Source: the human T2T-CHM13v2.0 reference genome, Homo sapiens. From it: a stretch of DNA of 64,000 bases. Made by a program: the position numbers and the translations under genes. The notes under the pieces were generated by a model. It had not been told where the DNA came from. It did no database searches and saw only the letters and a list, made by a program, of their open reading frames with translations. The stretch is from NCBI RefSeq assembly GCF_009914755.1, contig NC_060930.1, one strand, 5' to 3'. Position 1 is the first letter of the stretch. Every line of letters starts with the position of its first letter. Positions 13,464-27,269 of this stretch are shown piece by piece.

Positions 13464-14620
13464 TATACAAAAATTAACTCAAGATGGATGAAAGACTTAA
13501 ATGCAAAACCCAAAACTATAAAATTCTAGAAGAAAATCTAGGCAATACCATTCAGGACATAGGCAGGGGCAAAGATTTCATGATGAAAACGCCAAAAGCA
13601 ATTGCAACAAAAGCAAAAATTGACAAATGAGATCTAAATAAACTAAATAGCTTCAGCACAGCAACAGAAGCTATCATCAGAGTGAACAGACAACGTACAG
13701 AAGAGGAGAAAATTTTTGCAATCAATCCATCTGACAAAGGTCTAATATCCAGAGTCTACAAGGAACTTAAACAAATTTACAACCTCATTAAAAAGTGAGC
13801 AAAGACCATGAACAGACATTTCTCAAAAGAAGACATTCATGTGGCCAACAAACATGAAAAAAGATCAACATCACTGATCATTAGAGAAATGCAAATCAAA
13901 ACCACCACAATGAGATACCATCTCACGCCAGTCAGAATGGTGATTATTAAAAATATACAGAAACAACAGATGCCGGTGAGGTTGTGGAGAAAAAGGAACA
14001 TTTTACATTGTTGGTGGGAGTGTAAATTAGTTCAACCATTGTGGAAGACTGTGTGATGATTTCTCAGACCTGGAACCAGAAGTATCATTTGACCCAGCAA
14101 TCCCATTACTGGGTATATACCCAAAGGAATATAAATCATTCTATTATAAAGATACATGCATGCGTAGGTTTATTGCAGCACTATTCACAATAGTAAAGAC
14201 CTGGAATCAACCCAAATGCCCATCAATGATAGACTGGATAAAGAAAATGTGGTACATATATACCACAGAATACTATGCAGCCATAAAAAGGAATGACATC
14301 ATGTCCTTTGCAGGGACATGGATGGAGGTGGAAGCCATTATCCTCAGCAAACCAACACTGCATGTTCTCACTTATGAGTGGTAGCTGAATGCTGAGAACA
14401 CATGGACACATGGCGGGGAAAAACAAACACCAGGTTCTGTCAGAGGGCTTTGCAGGGAGGGAGAGCATCAGAAAGAATAGCTAATGGATGCTGGGCTTAA
14501 TACCTAGGTGATGGGTTGATCTGTGCAACAAACCACCATGGCACACGTTTACCTATGTAACAAACCTGCACATCCTGCACATGTACCCAGGAACTTAAAA
14601 TAAAAATTGAAGAAAAAAAA
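13464..14620 (+). mobile_element. 5'-truncated L1PA (older, roughly L1PA10-13): ORF2 C-terminus and 3'UTR
   Basis: ORF fragments MNRHFSKEDIHVANKH... and WNQPKCPSMIDWIKKMW are L1 ORF2; 3'UTR ends gaacttaaaataaa plus an A-tail. Confidence 0.93.
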
Positions 14621-14849
14621 GAGAGAGAAAAGATATTATCTCCAAAAATAAAGTAAATGACAGGGAGAAAAAAATAAATTAAAAAAGGGAATGTGTTTAA
14701 TCAACATTTGTCTATTTTATGCTCCATGGGAAAAAAAAATGTCAAAGGGAAAGTGAAATCTGTAGAGGAGTTAAACAACACTGGACTTTTAAGTAATTAT
14801 TCTACTTCTCTCTCTTTCATTGTGCTAATATATTCTTGACCAAGAATTG

Positions 14850-16364
<1,515 letters not shown>

Positions 16365-16874
16365 CATTGATGTGGAGTTGCGCGGACTGTTGGACCCCAG
16401 AGCAGGATGCAGTCTACTGGGAGTTGGGCTCCCAAAGCGGCACTGTGCTGCAGCTGCTTAGTGTGGACTCGGGGTGTGTGGGACCCAGCGGGAGCGCCCT
16501 CTTTGGAGCAATGCCATCGCACGGATTCCAGGCAGTTCCCTATGTTAGTCTCGGGGTCTCTGTGGGTCCAGGGGCTCTTCCGTGGCTAGGACTGCGGGAG
16601 TCCTCAGTGGGAATGTGGACCACTGGGGGTCAGTCACTTACCCTTCCCCTACTCTGGGGAGCCTGCCTGGGTTTTCAGCCAATCCCAGCCAAGTAGGCTA
16701 CTTTGCTTCCCTCTCGTTTCTTGGCCTAGGTGTTTCCTGTCACTTTTCTGTTGAATTTTAGTGTTCTCTCTGAGGCAATCTATCCGAAGTATGGCTATCT
16801 CCTTGCTGTTTTGGTTCTTCTTTGTAAAGCGGGGTGAGTACTGAATGCCTCTAGTCAGCTGTCTTGAAGCTCCC
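16365..16874 (-). mobile_element. L1M 5'UTR (promoter) segment
   Basis: GC-rich; ends cctctagtcagctgtcttgaagctcc, the antisense of the typical L1 start GGAG...CAAGATGGCTGACTAGAGG. Confidence 0.7.
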
Positions 16875-16884
16875 TACATTGATC

Positions 16885-17249
16885 TTTTTTTTGTGTTGGG
16901 AACATTATCATTCTCTTCTAGCTATTTGGAAATATTTAATAAATTATTGCTGACTATAATTTTCTTCCTGTACTATTGAATACTAGAACTTATTTCTTTT
17001 ATCTAACTGTATTTTTATACCCCTTAACCAACCTCTCTTTATTCCCTCCTCCCCTTCCCAGCCTCTGGTCACCACCATTCTACTTTCTACCTCCAGGAAA
17101 TCCACTCTTTTAGCTCCTCCTTATGAGTAAGAACATGCAGTATTTGTCTTTCTGTGCCTGGCTTATTTCCATTAACATAATGACTTCCAGTTCCAGCCAT
17201 GTTGCTACAAATAACAGGGTTTCTTTTTCTTATGTCTGAATAATATTCC

Positions 17250-17285
<36 letters not shown>

Positions 17286-17797
17286 ACACACAACATTTTC
17301 TTTATCTATTTATCCATTGATGGACATTTGGGTTGGTTCCATTCTTGGCTATTACAAATAATGCTTCAATAAACATGTGAGTGCAGATATTTCTTTAATG
17401 TACTTATATCCTTTCTTTCAGATATATACCCAGAAATAGGATTGCTAGATCATAGGGTAGCCCTATTTTTAGTTTTTTGAGGGACCTCCGTACTATTTTC
17501 CACAATGACTCTACTAATTTACATTCTCACAAACAGTGTACAAGCATTCCCCTTTCTCTGCATCTTCACCAGCATCTGTTGTTTTTGTCTTTTTGATAAT
17601 AGCCATTCTAACAGGGGAAAGATGACTTTTCATCGTGGTTTGATTTGCATTTTCGTGATGATTAGTGATGTTGAGCATTTTTCAAAGACCCATTGCTCAT
17701 GTCATGTGTATGTCTTCTTTCGGGAAACATCTATTCAGATCTTTTTGACCATTTTTAAATTGCATTATTGTTTTATTGCAATTGAGTTGTTTGAGTT
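16885..17797 (-). mobile_element. Second L1MA 3' fragment
   Basis: ttgtgttgggaacatt...cttctagctatttggaaatat...; antisense ORF2 MEYYSDIRK. Confidence 0.85.
17252..17284. repeat. (TG)16 microsatellite
   Basis: Perfect TG run inside the L1MA. Confidence 0.97.
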
Positions 17798-17799
17798 GT

Positions 17800-18082
17800 A
17801 GTGTGTAGTGGTGATGAGTGAGGTCTTTGCAGTCCTGGACTTGGGGCCCGTTAGTCCAGAGGTCTGCCCCTAATTTGGCCACTTAGTTATTTCAGGTCTG
17901 GACAAGGAACGAAACCTGCTCCCATTTCCTCACTTGCAAAGTGAGAATAATATTAACGTTTACCTCACAAGGGGCAGTTGTGAGGATCAGATGAGATAAT
18001 CCCTGCAAAATATATGATATGGTACCTAGGATGTAGCGCTATACCCAGCACATAACAAGTACTTAAAACTGTGGGCTATCAT
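17800..18082 (+). mobile_element. MIR
   Basis: catttcctcacttgcaaagtgagaataat...gttgtgaggatcagatgagataat. Confidence 0.7.
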
Positions 18083-18469
18083 GTCTGAAGTGAAGCAGGA
18101 AAATTTGTAAAATCCCTTTTACAACCTCCAGAAAGAATATAAGAAGGAAAAAGAAAGACATTAGGAAGTGGGAAGAAGAGGGAGAGAAAAATGAGGAAGA
18201 AAAAATGATGGAATATTGTGTCACATTCCTTAAAAGATTCTGGCAGCAGAAATTTTTCAGGACACACACATTAAAGGAAAATACATCCCATTGAAACCAC
18301 CCATTCACAGGGCTGAAAAAGAGCAAGTAGAAACCCTTCAAGTTTGACCTTTGAGCCACTGGAGAGAAACTGAGAAGGCTCTGCAGTCTGTATGTGTGCT
18401 GTGCTGCGACACGGACAGGACATGCCATCCTTCAAAAGGCAGTAAGGGCAGGACAGTGGGAGGTAAGAG

Positions 18470-18672
18470 TGAAGACTCCCACCTACTAACTGTGCAACCC
18501 AGGGCAGTGCCCTTAACCTTTGTGTGATCCAGTCTCATCCTATGTAAGATGGGATAGTAGCATCACTTTTTTTCCATAAGGTTACTGTGGTGGTCACATG
18601 ATTTAATACATGCAGAAGGCTTAGAATGTTCCTGACACATAGTAAGTGCTCTACCATCGTGTTACTGTTGTT
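18470..18672 (+). mobile_element. MIR
   Basis: cacctactaactgtgcaacccagggc...ttagaatgttcctgacacatagtaagtgctc. Confidence 0.75.
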
Positions 18673-18999
18673 AAAGTTATTGGCGTGAGTAAAGGGTGAC
18701 TGTGAGATCTGAAGTGAGTCACAGAGCTGTAGAGAGAGAACTGGAACGATTTGAAAGTCAAAGTATGTCTTTCTCTTTCTAAAAGTGTTTCTCTCTCTAC
18801 ACATGGATACCTGTCTTTCTATCTATAGAAGTGAGCATATATCTCTATCTATCCATCTATGTTGATGTATCTGTTTGTCTGTCTCTCTGTCTACTGAGAG
18901 ATGTTACTTCTTTAGTGGTAACGTTGCCACCTAAGGACAAACAGGGGAGCACCTACAGGAAGGAGGAAGAAGAGGAGGAGGTAGAGGGGAATAAGAAAT

Positions 19000-19369
19000 T
19001 GGATTTATTTTTCTTGCTGCAGTAAGGGAAAATACATGCCAAAGGACCAACGGAGTATCTCTGCAAGAGGGAGTTTGGGAATTCTGAGGAGGGATCCTGG
19101 AAGAGGGGGCTCCTCAGAGGTGGTCCAGAAGGTGGTCATTTCAGCTGTCTCCGTGATCTTAGTTCAGCAGTCAGGAGGAACAAAGTGGAGAATCATTGGT
19201 TAGAAAGTGGCCAGCACCTGGAAGATAACAGTGATGGTTTTTGCAGCTGTGGTATGGCCTCTGAGAAACACTGTGTACTTGGGTCTTTTCCATGTCCCAT
19301 TGGAAGTGCTGCTTATGTTCTGTTAGAAACATCACGGAAAGACTGCTAATGGGGCTATTTACTTTCTCA
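19000..19369 (-). mobile_element. Probable old ERV LTR fragment (family unresolved)
   Basis: Antisense AATAAA (tttatt) near 19004 and a ...actttctca end (antisense TGAGAAAG start); LTR-like composition. Confidence 0.4.
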
Positions 19370-19377
19370 TTAAGGGA

Positions 19378-19379
<2 letters not shown>

Positions 19380-19417
<38 letters not shown>
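19380..19417. repeat. (TG)19 microsatellite
   Basis: Perfect TG run. Confidence 0.97.
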
Positions 19418-19418
<1 letters not shown>

Positions 19419-19669
19419 TTCCACCTAAAAATAGGGGCCACATAAAGTTTTTACACCTGCTAAGCTAAACAATTCATATACTTTAGCTGCCAGGCAATTC
19501 TCTCAGCAAGATAAGATTGTTTTCGTTCCACAGATATAAAGTGCAAAGTTCAAGAACACACAGCTAATAAGCAGTTTGCCCTGATTCTAAACCAGAAAGG
19601 CCACATTCTCCCCTCTTCACTCTAGTTTGGCCTCTGCCAAGGTGTCTCCTTGGCCCAAGCTCAGTCACC

Positions 19670-19937
19670 TTTTTTTTTTTTTTTTTTTTTTTTTATTGAG
19701 ACAGGGTCTTACTCTGTCATCCAGGCTGAAGTGCAGTGGTGTGATCTAGGCTTATTGCAACCTTTGCCTCCCAGGCTCAAGCGATCCTCCCATCCCAGCC
19801 TCCCAAGCAGCTGAGACTGCCTCTGAGTGCCACCATGCCTGGCAAATTTTTGTATTTTTTGTAGAAATGGGGTTTTGCCATGTTGCCCAGGCTGGTCTTG
19901 AATTCCTAGGCTCAAGCAATCCAACCCACCTCGGCCT
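19670..19937 (-). mobile_element. AluJ element, 5'-truncated
   Basis: Poly-T, gagacagggtctt, ggctcaagcgatcc; short TSD tcagtca. Confidence 0.92.
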
Positions 19938-20321
19938 TCAGTCAATTTCATAGGGCTCCTTTGTGGTTATTAAACTATTCTAATAACTGCTCTCACTCTT
20001 GTGCTCTCTCTCTCTGCTCTCCCACTTTTCACATGTTTTAATAATGTGTACTCACTGGGACTGTACTCTAATATTTTTTAAAACTTGAAAAAAATTGCCA
20101 TTTAAAAGTTATAAACCATTTCTGCCTGAGTTGAATTTACTTCCAGGGCAAACTCTCCCTTACCCCTTTTCATTTCCCCAAGATAGCCTCACAGCATAGA
20201 TAAGTAAAAGTTCACCCACTGGGTATGAGTATGGGAACTGAAATGATCGCTAACCTGAACACAGGTGCCTTTGGGAAGTTACACTTCCTTACTGATGTCT
20301 CTGAGATGCCTGCCTGCCAGC

Positions 20322-20507
20322 CTCGGTGTTAAGCATTTTACATGTATTATATATTACTATCCTCATAGGTAACCTGTGATGTTGGAATTATTATTAATCT
20401 AAATGTACAGATAAGAAAAGGGAGAAAACAGCAGTTGACTGACTTGCTCAAGGTCACTCAGTAACAAAGAATGGAAGGAGGATTCAAACTCAGAGCCTCT
20501 TGATGCC
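20322..20507 (-). mobile_element. MIR
   Basis: aagcattttacatgtattat...gacttgctcaaggtcac...ggattcaaactcag. Confidence 0.75.
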
Positions 20508-20887
20508 TATCTATCTATCTATCTATACATATATATATACACATATATATATATGCACACAAACACATATACATAACTTAGTATATGTTATAATATATAG
20601 ATATATATTATACCTATTATCTATCTCTCTACCTATGTGTGTTTACATATGCATATATACACGTGTATATATACACATATATAATTTAGTATATGTAATA
20701 TATAGATTATATATTCTATCTATGTGTGTATACATAGGTATATATACATATATAACTTAGTACATATTCTAGTATAATATATAGATATATATTCTATCTA
20801 CCTATCTAGGTGTGTATACATAAGTGTATATATACATGTGTATATATACACATATATAACAGTATATATAATTTATAGATTATATAT

Positions 20888-20931
<44 letters not shown>

Positions 20932-20978
20932 CCTGTCTATCTATCATCTCTGTCTCTCTCTCTCTATCCATCTATCTT
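20508..20978. repeat. TA-rich compound micro/minisatellite with (CTAT)n
   Basis: Recurrent catat(a)taa(c/t)ttagta...tatagattatatattctatct units; (CTAT)n at ~20889-20930. Confidence 0.9.
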
Positions 20979-21292
20979 TTAGCAGAATTTTGTCTCTGCA
21001 AAGTTCAGGATCAGCAATAGAGACGCTTAAGCTAACATGAAATATGTACAAGGCTGATGGCCACTTTACCCTGCAGGATGAGAGAGTGAAAAGGAGCTGG
21101 CCTTTTCAAAACGGCAGGAGAATAGCCTGAGGCTGGCTAATTTCGGCAATCAAGCTGGTGGCAGTTTATCTATAAACATGAGGCTATGAGGCCAGCATGC
21201 ATGGGTTTTTTTTGTTGTTGTTGTTGTCAAAAAGATGCTTAAGGAAGAAAAGGGAGAAGGAGGAGGAGAAAGAAGTGAAAAAACAAACAATA

Positions 21293-22375
21293 TTTACTAA
21301 AGCTGAACTTATGCATAGCCTATGACCTAGCAATTCTATTCCTAGGTGTTCACCCAACAGAAATAGGAACATGTGATCACCTAAAAAGAGGAGTATTTAT
21401 TTATAGCAGTGCTATTTGTAATAGACCTGAACTGGAAGCTTCCCATTGACATTAATAGTGGAAGGAATAAAGTAATCAGAAATATTAATCAAATGGAATA
21501 TGATCCAGCAATGAGAATAAACAATTTACTACTGTATGCAACAGATGGATAAATCTCACAATCATATTGTTGAAAAAAGAAGCAAGACACAAAAACATGT
21601 AAGCTGTCTGAGTCCATTTATACAAAGTTCAAAAGCAGATCAAACAAATCTGTGCTGGGAGAAGTCCAGGTGTGATACCCTACCTTGTTTTAACCTGATT
21701 GACTCTCTCTTATCTGAGAGAGCAGGACAGACTCCACTTTGGTTTCTTCGCTTGCAGCCCCTCGTTCCCCCTGCTTAAGGACATAACTGGTGCAAGCTAA
21801 CTCCAAGTACATCCAGGAATTGCTTACTGATAAGATACTGAGGCAAGCTGTACTACCCACTCCTGGAAACGTGCTTGGTTGATGGTACCCAAAGCCCCTG
21901 CATTTATCACTTTGTGATAGCTTAAGCCCCTGCACCTGGAACTTTTTATTTTCCTGTAACAGTTTCTGTAACCATTTATCTTTTACTTTTTGCCTGTTCT
22001 GCTTTTGTAAAAATTGCTTCAGCTAGACTCCCCCTCCCCTATTTAGACCAAGGTATAAAAAGAAATCTAGCCCCTTCTTCGGGGCTGAGAGAATTTTTGA
22101 GCTCTAGTCGTCTCTCGGTCGCCGGCAATAAAGGACTCCTGAATTAGTCTCAAAGTGTGGTGTTTCTCTATAACTCGCTCGGTTACAACACAGGTAGTGC
22201 TGACCTTTGTTGCGGGGGTGGGGAAGGTTTGAAAGAGCAGGTAGGGAGTTGCCAGGTACAGGTAATTGTCTATTGCTTAATCAGGTGATGGGTCAGTTGA
22301 TTAAAATTTGTTGAGTGGTATGCAACGAATATGTGCAACTTTCTGCACTTCAATAAAAAAAATTCTTAAATGAAA
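21293..22375 (+). mobile_element. L1ME 3' fragment split by an LTR insertion
   Basis: cctatgacctagcaattctattcctagg...atggataaatctcacaatcatattgttg; resumes after 22190 and ends cttcaataaaaaaa. Confidence 0.75.
21671..22190 (+). mobile_element. ERV1 solo LTR, LTR6A/B (HERV-S71/T)-like
   Basis: TG...CA ends, 4-bp TSD cagg (21667-21670 / 22191-22194), TATAAAA at 22054, AATAAA at 22127; family name from recall. Confidence 0.8.
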
Positions 22376-22856
22376 AAAAAAGGACACCTCAACTGAAGAT
22401 GAGAATGTCTTAGCAGGCATTATCCCCTTGTCACTCCCTGAATCCATGGACAGCAGACCAGATTCTGGGGCCCAAAGTAGAAGGACAGGAACCTGAATGA
22501 AGCTTACTCCTTCTCTGGGTGATCACATAATGCCTTAGAAAACAAATGAAAAGGGAGACTGTCTGCATGCCACATGCAAAGTCCTGTAGGGGAGAATAGG
22601 CCAAGGATGATGTGGCGTGGTGTGGGATGGCAGAGAGATAGGGACAGGAATTCTGTGGGCAATGCTGGCACTGACTGACAGTGTGTTTTACCTAGAAGGG
22701 GCTTTGTTCATCATGCCATATGACCCTCTAACCTTATATTTGGAGAGCAGAAGCCACAATCTACTGAAATAATCTGCCTGAAGCTTTATATTTACTATCT
22801 CAAGTCTTTGTATTGATTGAAGACCTTTCAGTTATTTGGCCTACAAAGTGACTCAC

Positions 22857-23180
22857 CAAGACAGCCAAGTATAAAGGGGTCCCCGGAGAAATTCCAACTG
22901 GCCTGTGCACTGTGAGGAGTGTGCACTGGGGTGGAGCCTCAGGAAGTTTGCGCCATTTGCAGGGGAGGAAGAGCCTGGCTGGCCTCTCCTGATCCAGTGT
23001 GATAACCTGGGGACTCAGTCTGTGAGATGGGGAGCCTCTCTCACTTTGCTGAGTTTTTTTCCTTTTCACCCAATAAAACCCTACCCTCCTCACCCTTCAA
23101 ACTGTCTGTGAGATTAATTTTTCTTGGTCATGTGGCAAGGACGCTGTCTTTAGCTGAACTAAGGAAAAAGTCCTACAACA
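22857..23180 (+). mobile_element. 5' LTR of a MER61-like (MER4-group ERV1) provirus
   Basis: Direct repeat of 27270-27588; ends cctacaaca, followed by a PBS-like tggtgcccagaacatagggc. Confidence 0.85.
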
Positions 23181-26100
23181 GCTTTGGTGCCCAGAACATA
23201 GGGCTTGAGAAGGGGTGAGTGAAATGGGGACTCAAAACCTCTCACATTCGCTTCTGAGCCTTTTGGTCCTATGGCATTCCTCTTCTTTTTTTCAGGACAT
23301 TAATGACATGAAAACTTTTTTTTTTTTTTACAATACTGGAGGTGGTTCACACACACCCCAATGGCCACAGGCATGTGTATGGGACAGTTGGGTGGGGCAG
23401 CTCCCTGCTCCCCATTCTCTACTGTCTGGGGTGCATGGCTGAGTCTGCCGCATGTATGCACAGTGTCCAACAGCCATTAACAATGGAATGAGCCAAGGGT
23501 GGGAATGAGCCACAGCAGCTGCCTGAGCCCCAAGGGATCCCATGCAGCTGGCGGTATTCCCTGCCAGGCACCCATGGAGTCTCCCCCTCCCCCAGCCAGG
23601 GAGTCCAACCCCATCAGACAGCAATTAAGCTTCTCTCTAGGGTGGAGGAACTATTTGCGTAAGAATAAGAGGTTTTTCCCCCAGGCATCCCTTTTTCTTC
23701 TCCACTTCATCAGCAGTTAACTTTTAAATGAGTTTATTTTTCCTTTTAGAAGACATTTTCCTAGGCTAGGAATGATAAGGATCATTATCATAATTTAGTC
23801 CACCTATTTATGTGGACTAATTATGTTTATATTCTCTGTAAAGTTTTAATTGTGAAAAAGGATTTGTGAGGTTGGTCTTAAGCTGTAGCCAATGTGGTAT
23901 GCTTTGCATGTCTGTGTGGTCAGTAGCAAACTTTGCTGCACACCTCCATCTTGTTTTATGTCCTGAGGGCATATGTCCTGAGGGTGTGGCCTGTAACCAC
24001 ATGGCAAGGTTTTGTTTAGCAATCCTGCCTAGGGAATGAGTCCTTTCTGGTTTGATATCTGCACATTTTCCTAGCCCTGTCTCTTAAAGGGCTCCACCCA
24101 GCGACTGGGTTTTCTTCTGCCTGTCTGTGTAGCTATATATGTGTTATGTATATGATGTCTGTAAAAAGAGCTCTAATTAATTTGGCCTAAAGGAAGACAA
24201 GCACTTGAATCAAGTATTTTTTTAAGGGAAGATAAAAGCTGTGGTAACTTTCAGTTCAAGCGACTTTAATCTTTGAGAAATAAGTCAGTCGTAAAGGTTA
24301 TTGGTAAAATGCAGATGTCATCAAAATATAAATAGGTGGACTAAATTATGCAGGTTAGATACTAGAGTTGCTAAATGTTTTAAGGTTATAAACTGCCTTT
24401 TTGGTTTTTGAGAATGTTTCAATTTGTCAGCTTCACAATTGGTAATGCCAGGGGACATATGAAACTAACCACACCCTTAATTACGCTGGAAGAAGTCAAA
24501 CCTTGGCTGCACCTAGCACACAATTAAAACAACTTACCAGGTTTTACATTAAAGTTAAAAACTGCTAGGAGTTACCATTATAACATATAATTGAAACTAT
24601 TGGAAATAGATTTACATGCAAAGTGTGTGAAAACAGTAAAATGTGTTTTTAGTAAAAGATTATAAAAAGGCACGAAATTGTAAATTTTTGCCTAGGAGTA
24701 AAGGATTGTTTTGAATTAGACAAGATAAAGCTAAAGGTTAAAACAAGTGGTGGAAGGATTGTGGACATTAATCTTACAGAATAGTTTCTCTGTGTGAACA
24801 TATTGACTAAATTCAAAAAAGTTATTCTGTAAATTGAGCATTGAAATAAAAGCACAACAAGGTATTCTTAAGGTGCTAATCTGCTCTTTAGCAAAATTTG
24901 TAAAGGTTTATAAAAGGCTTTTGCCTCTTTAAAATTTCTGAGTCATCATTTTGGCAAAATAAATAATTTATGGTGACCTGGAATACTGTTTTATAACATC
25001 AAGTGTTTTAAACCTCTAACAAATTTAACAGGCTTCCCAAAAATCAAACTTTGGTTCCGAAATTGTCTTTCCTGACTCCTGGCTTTTCAGATACTTCAGA
25101 GGGCCCCTGGAGTGTCCAGAAAAGAGAGGTAAACATGTTTAGGTACATGGGACTGCCAAAATGATGTTCAATATACTTTAGGTAATATTTTTGTGAGTAA
25201 TGCTAGCATATGCTCAAAATTATATGGGATTTCTACAATTCTAATGTCTGAGTATATGCTATCAATCATAATTAAGGTTGGTATGTTAGGTTATTGTAAA
25301 TCACAGAGATAACCAAACTTCTTTGTCAATTGTGTTTCTAACTGTAACTACCCTGGACATTTTGTTATTCACAGACAATGGTTGTCTTGTTTTAATGCTT
25401 TTCAAAAGATGGTTTATACTGAGCTATAGAACTTTGACAGGTCCTCTCAAATACAGGTTTCTGATAACTTTGGAGATTGTAACATTGGAATAAAGGAAAA
25501 ATGTACATGACTCATGAAGAGCTGAAGTGTTCACGAATATCAAGCAAAACTAGAACTAATGGACTGAACTCAAAACTGAAACAATCTTTTTAACTTTTGT
25601 TGGAATATTGCTGATCCCCGTTTTGTTTTTCAGGGTTAAGAAAACTTATTTTGAAGTATTTACAGCCTTTAATAACTGAGTAAGCTATACTCCTGTGAAC
25701 AAAATTTGGAGCCTATTTGTCTCTCTCTCTCTCTGCCTGGTTCCTCTAGAATTTGGAAACTATCTGTGAGTATTCTTAACTTATGGCAATATAGTTGTTT
25801 GCATCAGTGCAGTAAGAATCCATTTTTCTTTTGCAACAGGATGCAAGTGGAGAAACCAGTTGTTTTACCAAGGGTTTGATTATAAGGGTATGCTTCTCTT
25901 TAAGGAGTCAAGCTTGACTTGCAGAGCTGATAAAACCCCGCAGGAAAAACTGTCCTCATACCCTTGTCTACGCAGTCCCTGTACAGGGTTCCTGACCTGT
26001 GATCAGTAAAGAATGTCACTTTCTAACTGGCCAAGGATCTCCAAGTTTATCTTGGGACCTTAAGAGGAATGGATCACCCAACTCACAGTTATTTGTGGAT

Positions 26101-27269
26101 ATAAAACCATGGTTGGGCTTGGCTTTAAAAGATATCATCTGAGATTCCTTGTGGAACAGAATTCCATCAAAGCCAATCTAAAAGGTCTATGTAGAAATAG
26201 TTATTCTTGCTGCAATTTATGCAAATAATCAGGCCATATATAAAACTAAAGTCTATTTTTGCAAACAACTCAGTCCTATCAGACACAGTGCAGGTGAGCA
26301 TGGCTAATTCCTGCCGATTAAGCCAAGCCTTCCATTTCATGGATAAGGACCATGCTAGTATCCATGGTATAAATGGGGTCTAGTGAATTCCAAGGCTGCT
26401 GATGTAGGGGAAAAAGAGACATAGATAAAAGCAGATAATTCCTATTCTCTAGGCCTTCCCTTCTTCATGAGTGTAAGCTGCTTTGGCACCAATGGGCAGC
26501 ACCTGCCAAGGTTGCTGGGACTTGGGGATGCAAGGATGGAGGAGGGAAAGAGGATGTTCTTCTTTTTCTCCCTCATGTATCCTGGTATTTGCTAGGAAAA
26601 GAAGGGAACCAGGGACACCTGTTCTGCTCTTTCTAGGTGGGTAGCCATTCATCTTCAGTCTGTATCCCTTTCAAATGCATCTTGAATCCGTGGGACTCCT
26701 TTGGAAAAAAATGCTTTCTTCTTTCCTTTTTCCTCCTCTGTCCTCTCCTCATTGATGGGTAATTGTGTCTCTGTACTATGGGACACTCCCCTCAAATGCA
26801 TTCTCCAAACTGGGGAAAGTTAATTTCCCAAACCTCAAACTGGTTGGCTTAGGACAGGGCTCAGGTGAAGGGAACCCAGAAGCCCAACATGCTGGCAAAA
26901 GGGTAAAGTTTTTTTCACCAGTTGAGCTTTTGGCCTCCCGCTCCCTGTGCAAACTGGTAAAAGGCCTCAGAATTTTTAAGTTGTCCTTAACCCGCCCCCC
27001 GGCCCCGGCCTTGTTTTATTTTGATACATATTTTCTAATAATCCAGTTTTTCTCTTCTCCCCTTCAGTCCATCAAACTCCAAATGGTCATGCAACTGGAG
27101 CCTTGGACAATGGCCCATTCTGCCAGGCTCCCTTAGATAGGCCTCTGAGGGAGCTCTGATGGCCATTTTCCCCAAAACAATGTCCCTTGTCAGTAGAAAG
27201 CAGTTAAGATTGGTCTTTGATCTTATCCTTCTTTTAAAGGCAGTTAGATGTACTTCTTCAGAGGGGGAA
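23181..27269 (+). mobile_element. Non-autonomous ERV internal region (MER61/MER4-int-like)
   Basis: PBS after the 5' LTR, PPT gagggggaa (27261-27269); env-tail remnant FFSSPLQSIKLQMVMQLEP...PLDRP; gag-start remnants; no pol seen. Confidence 0.82.
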
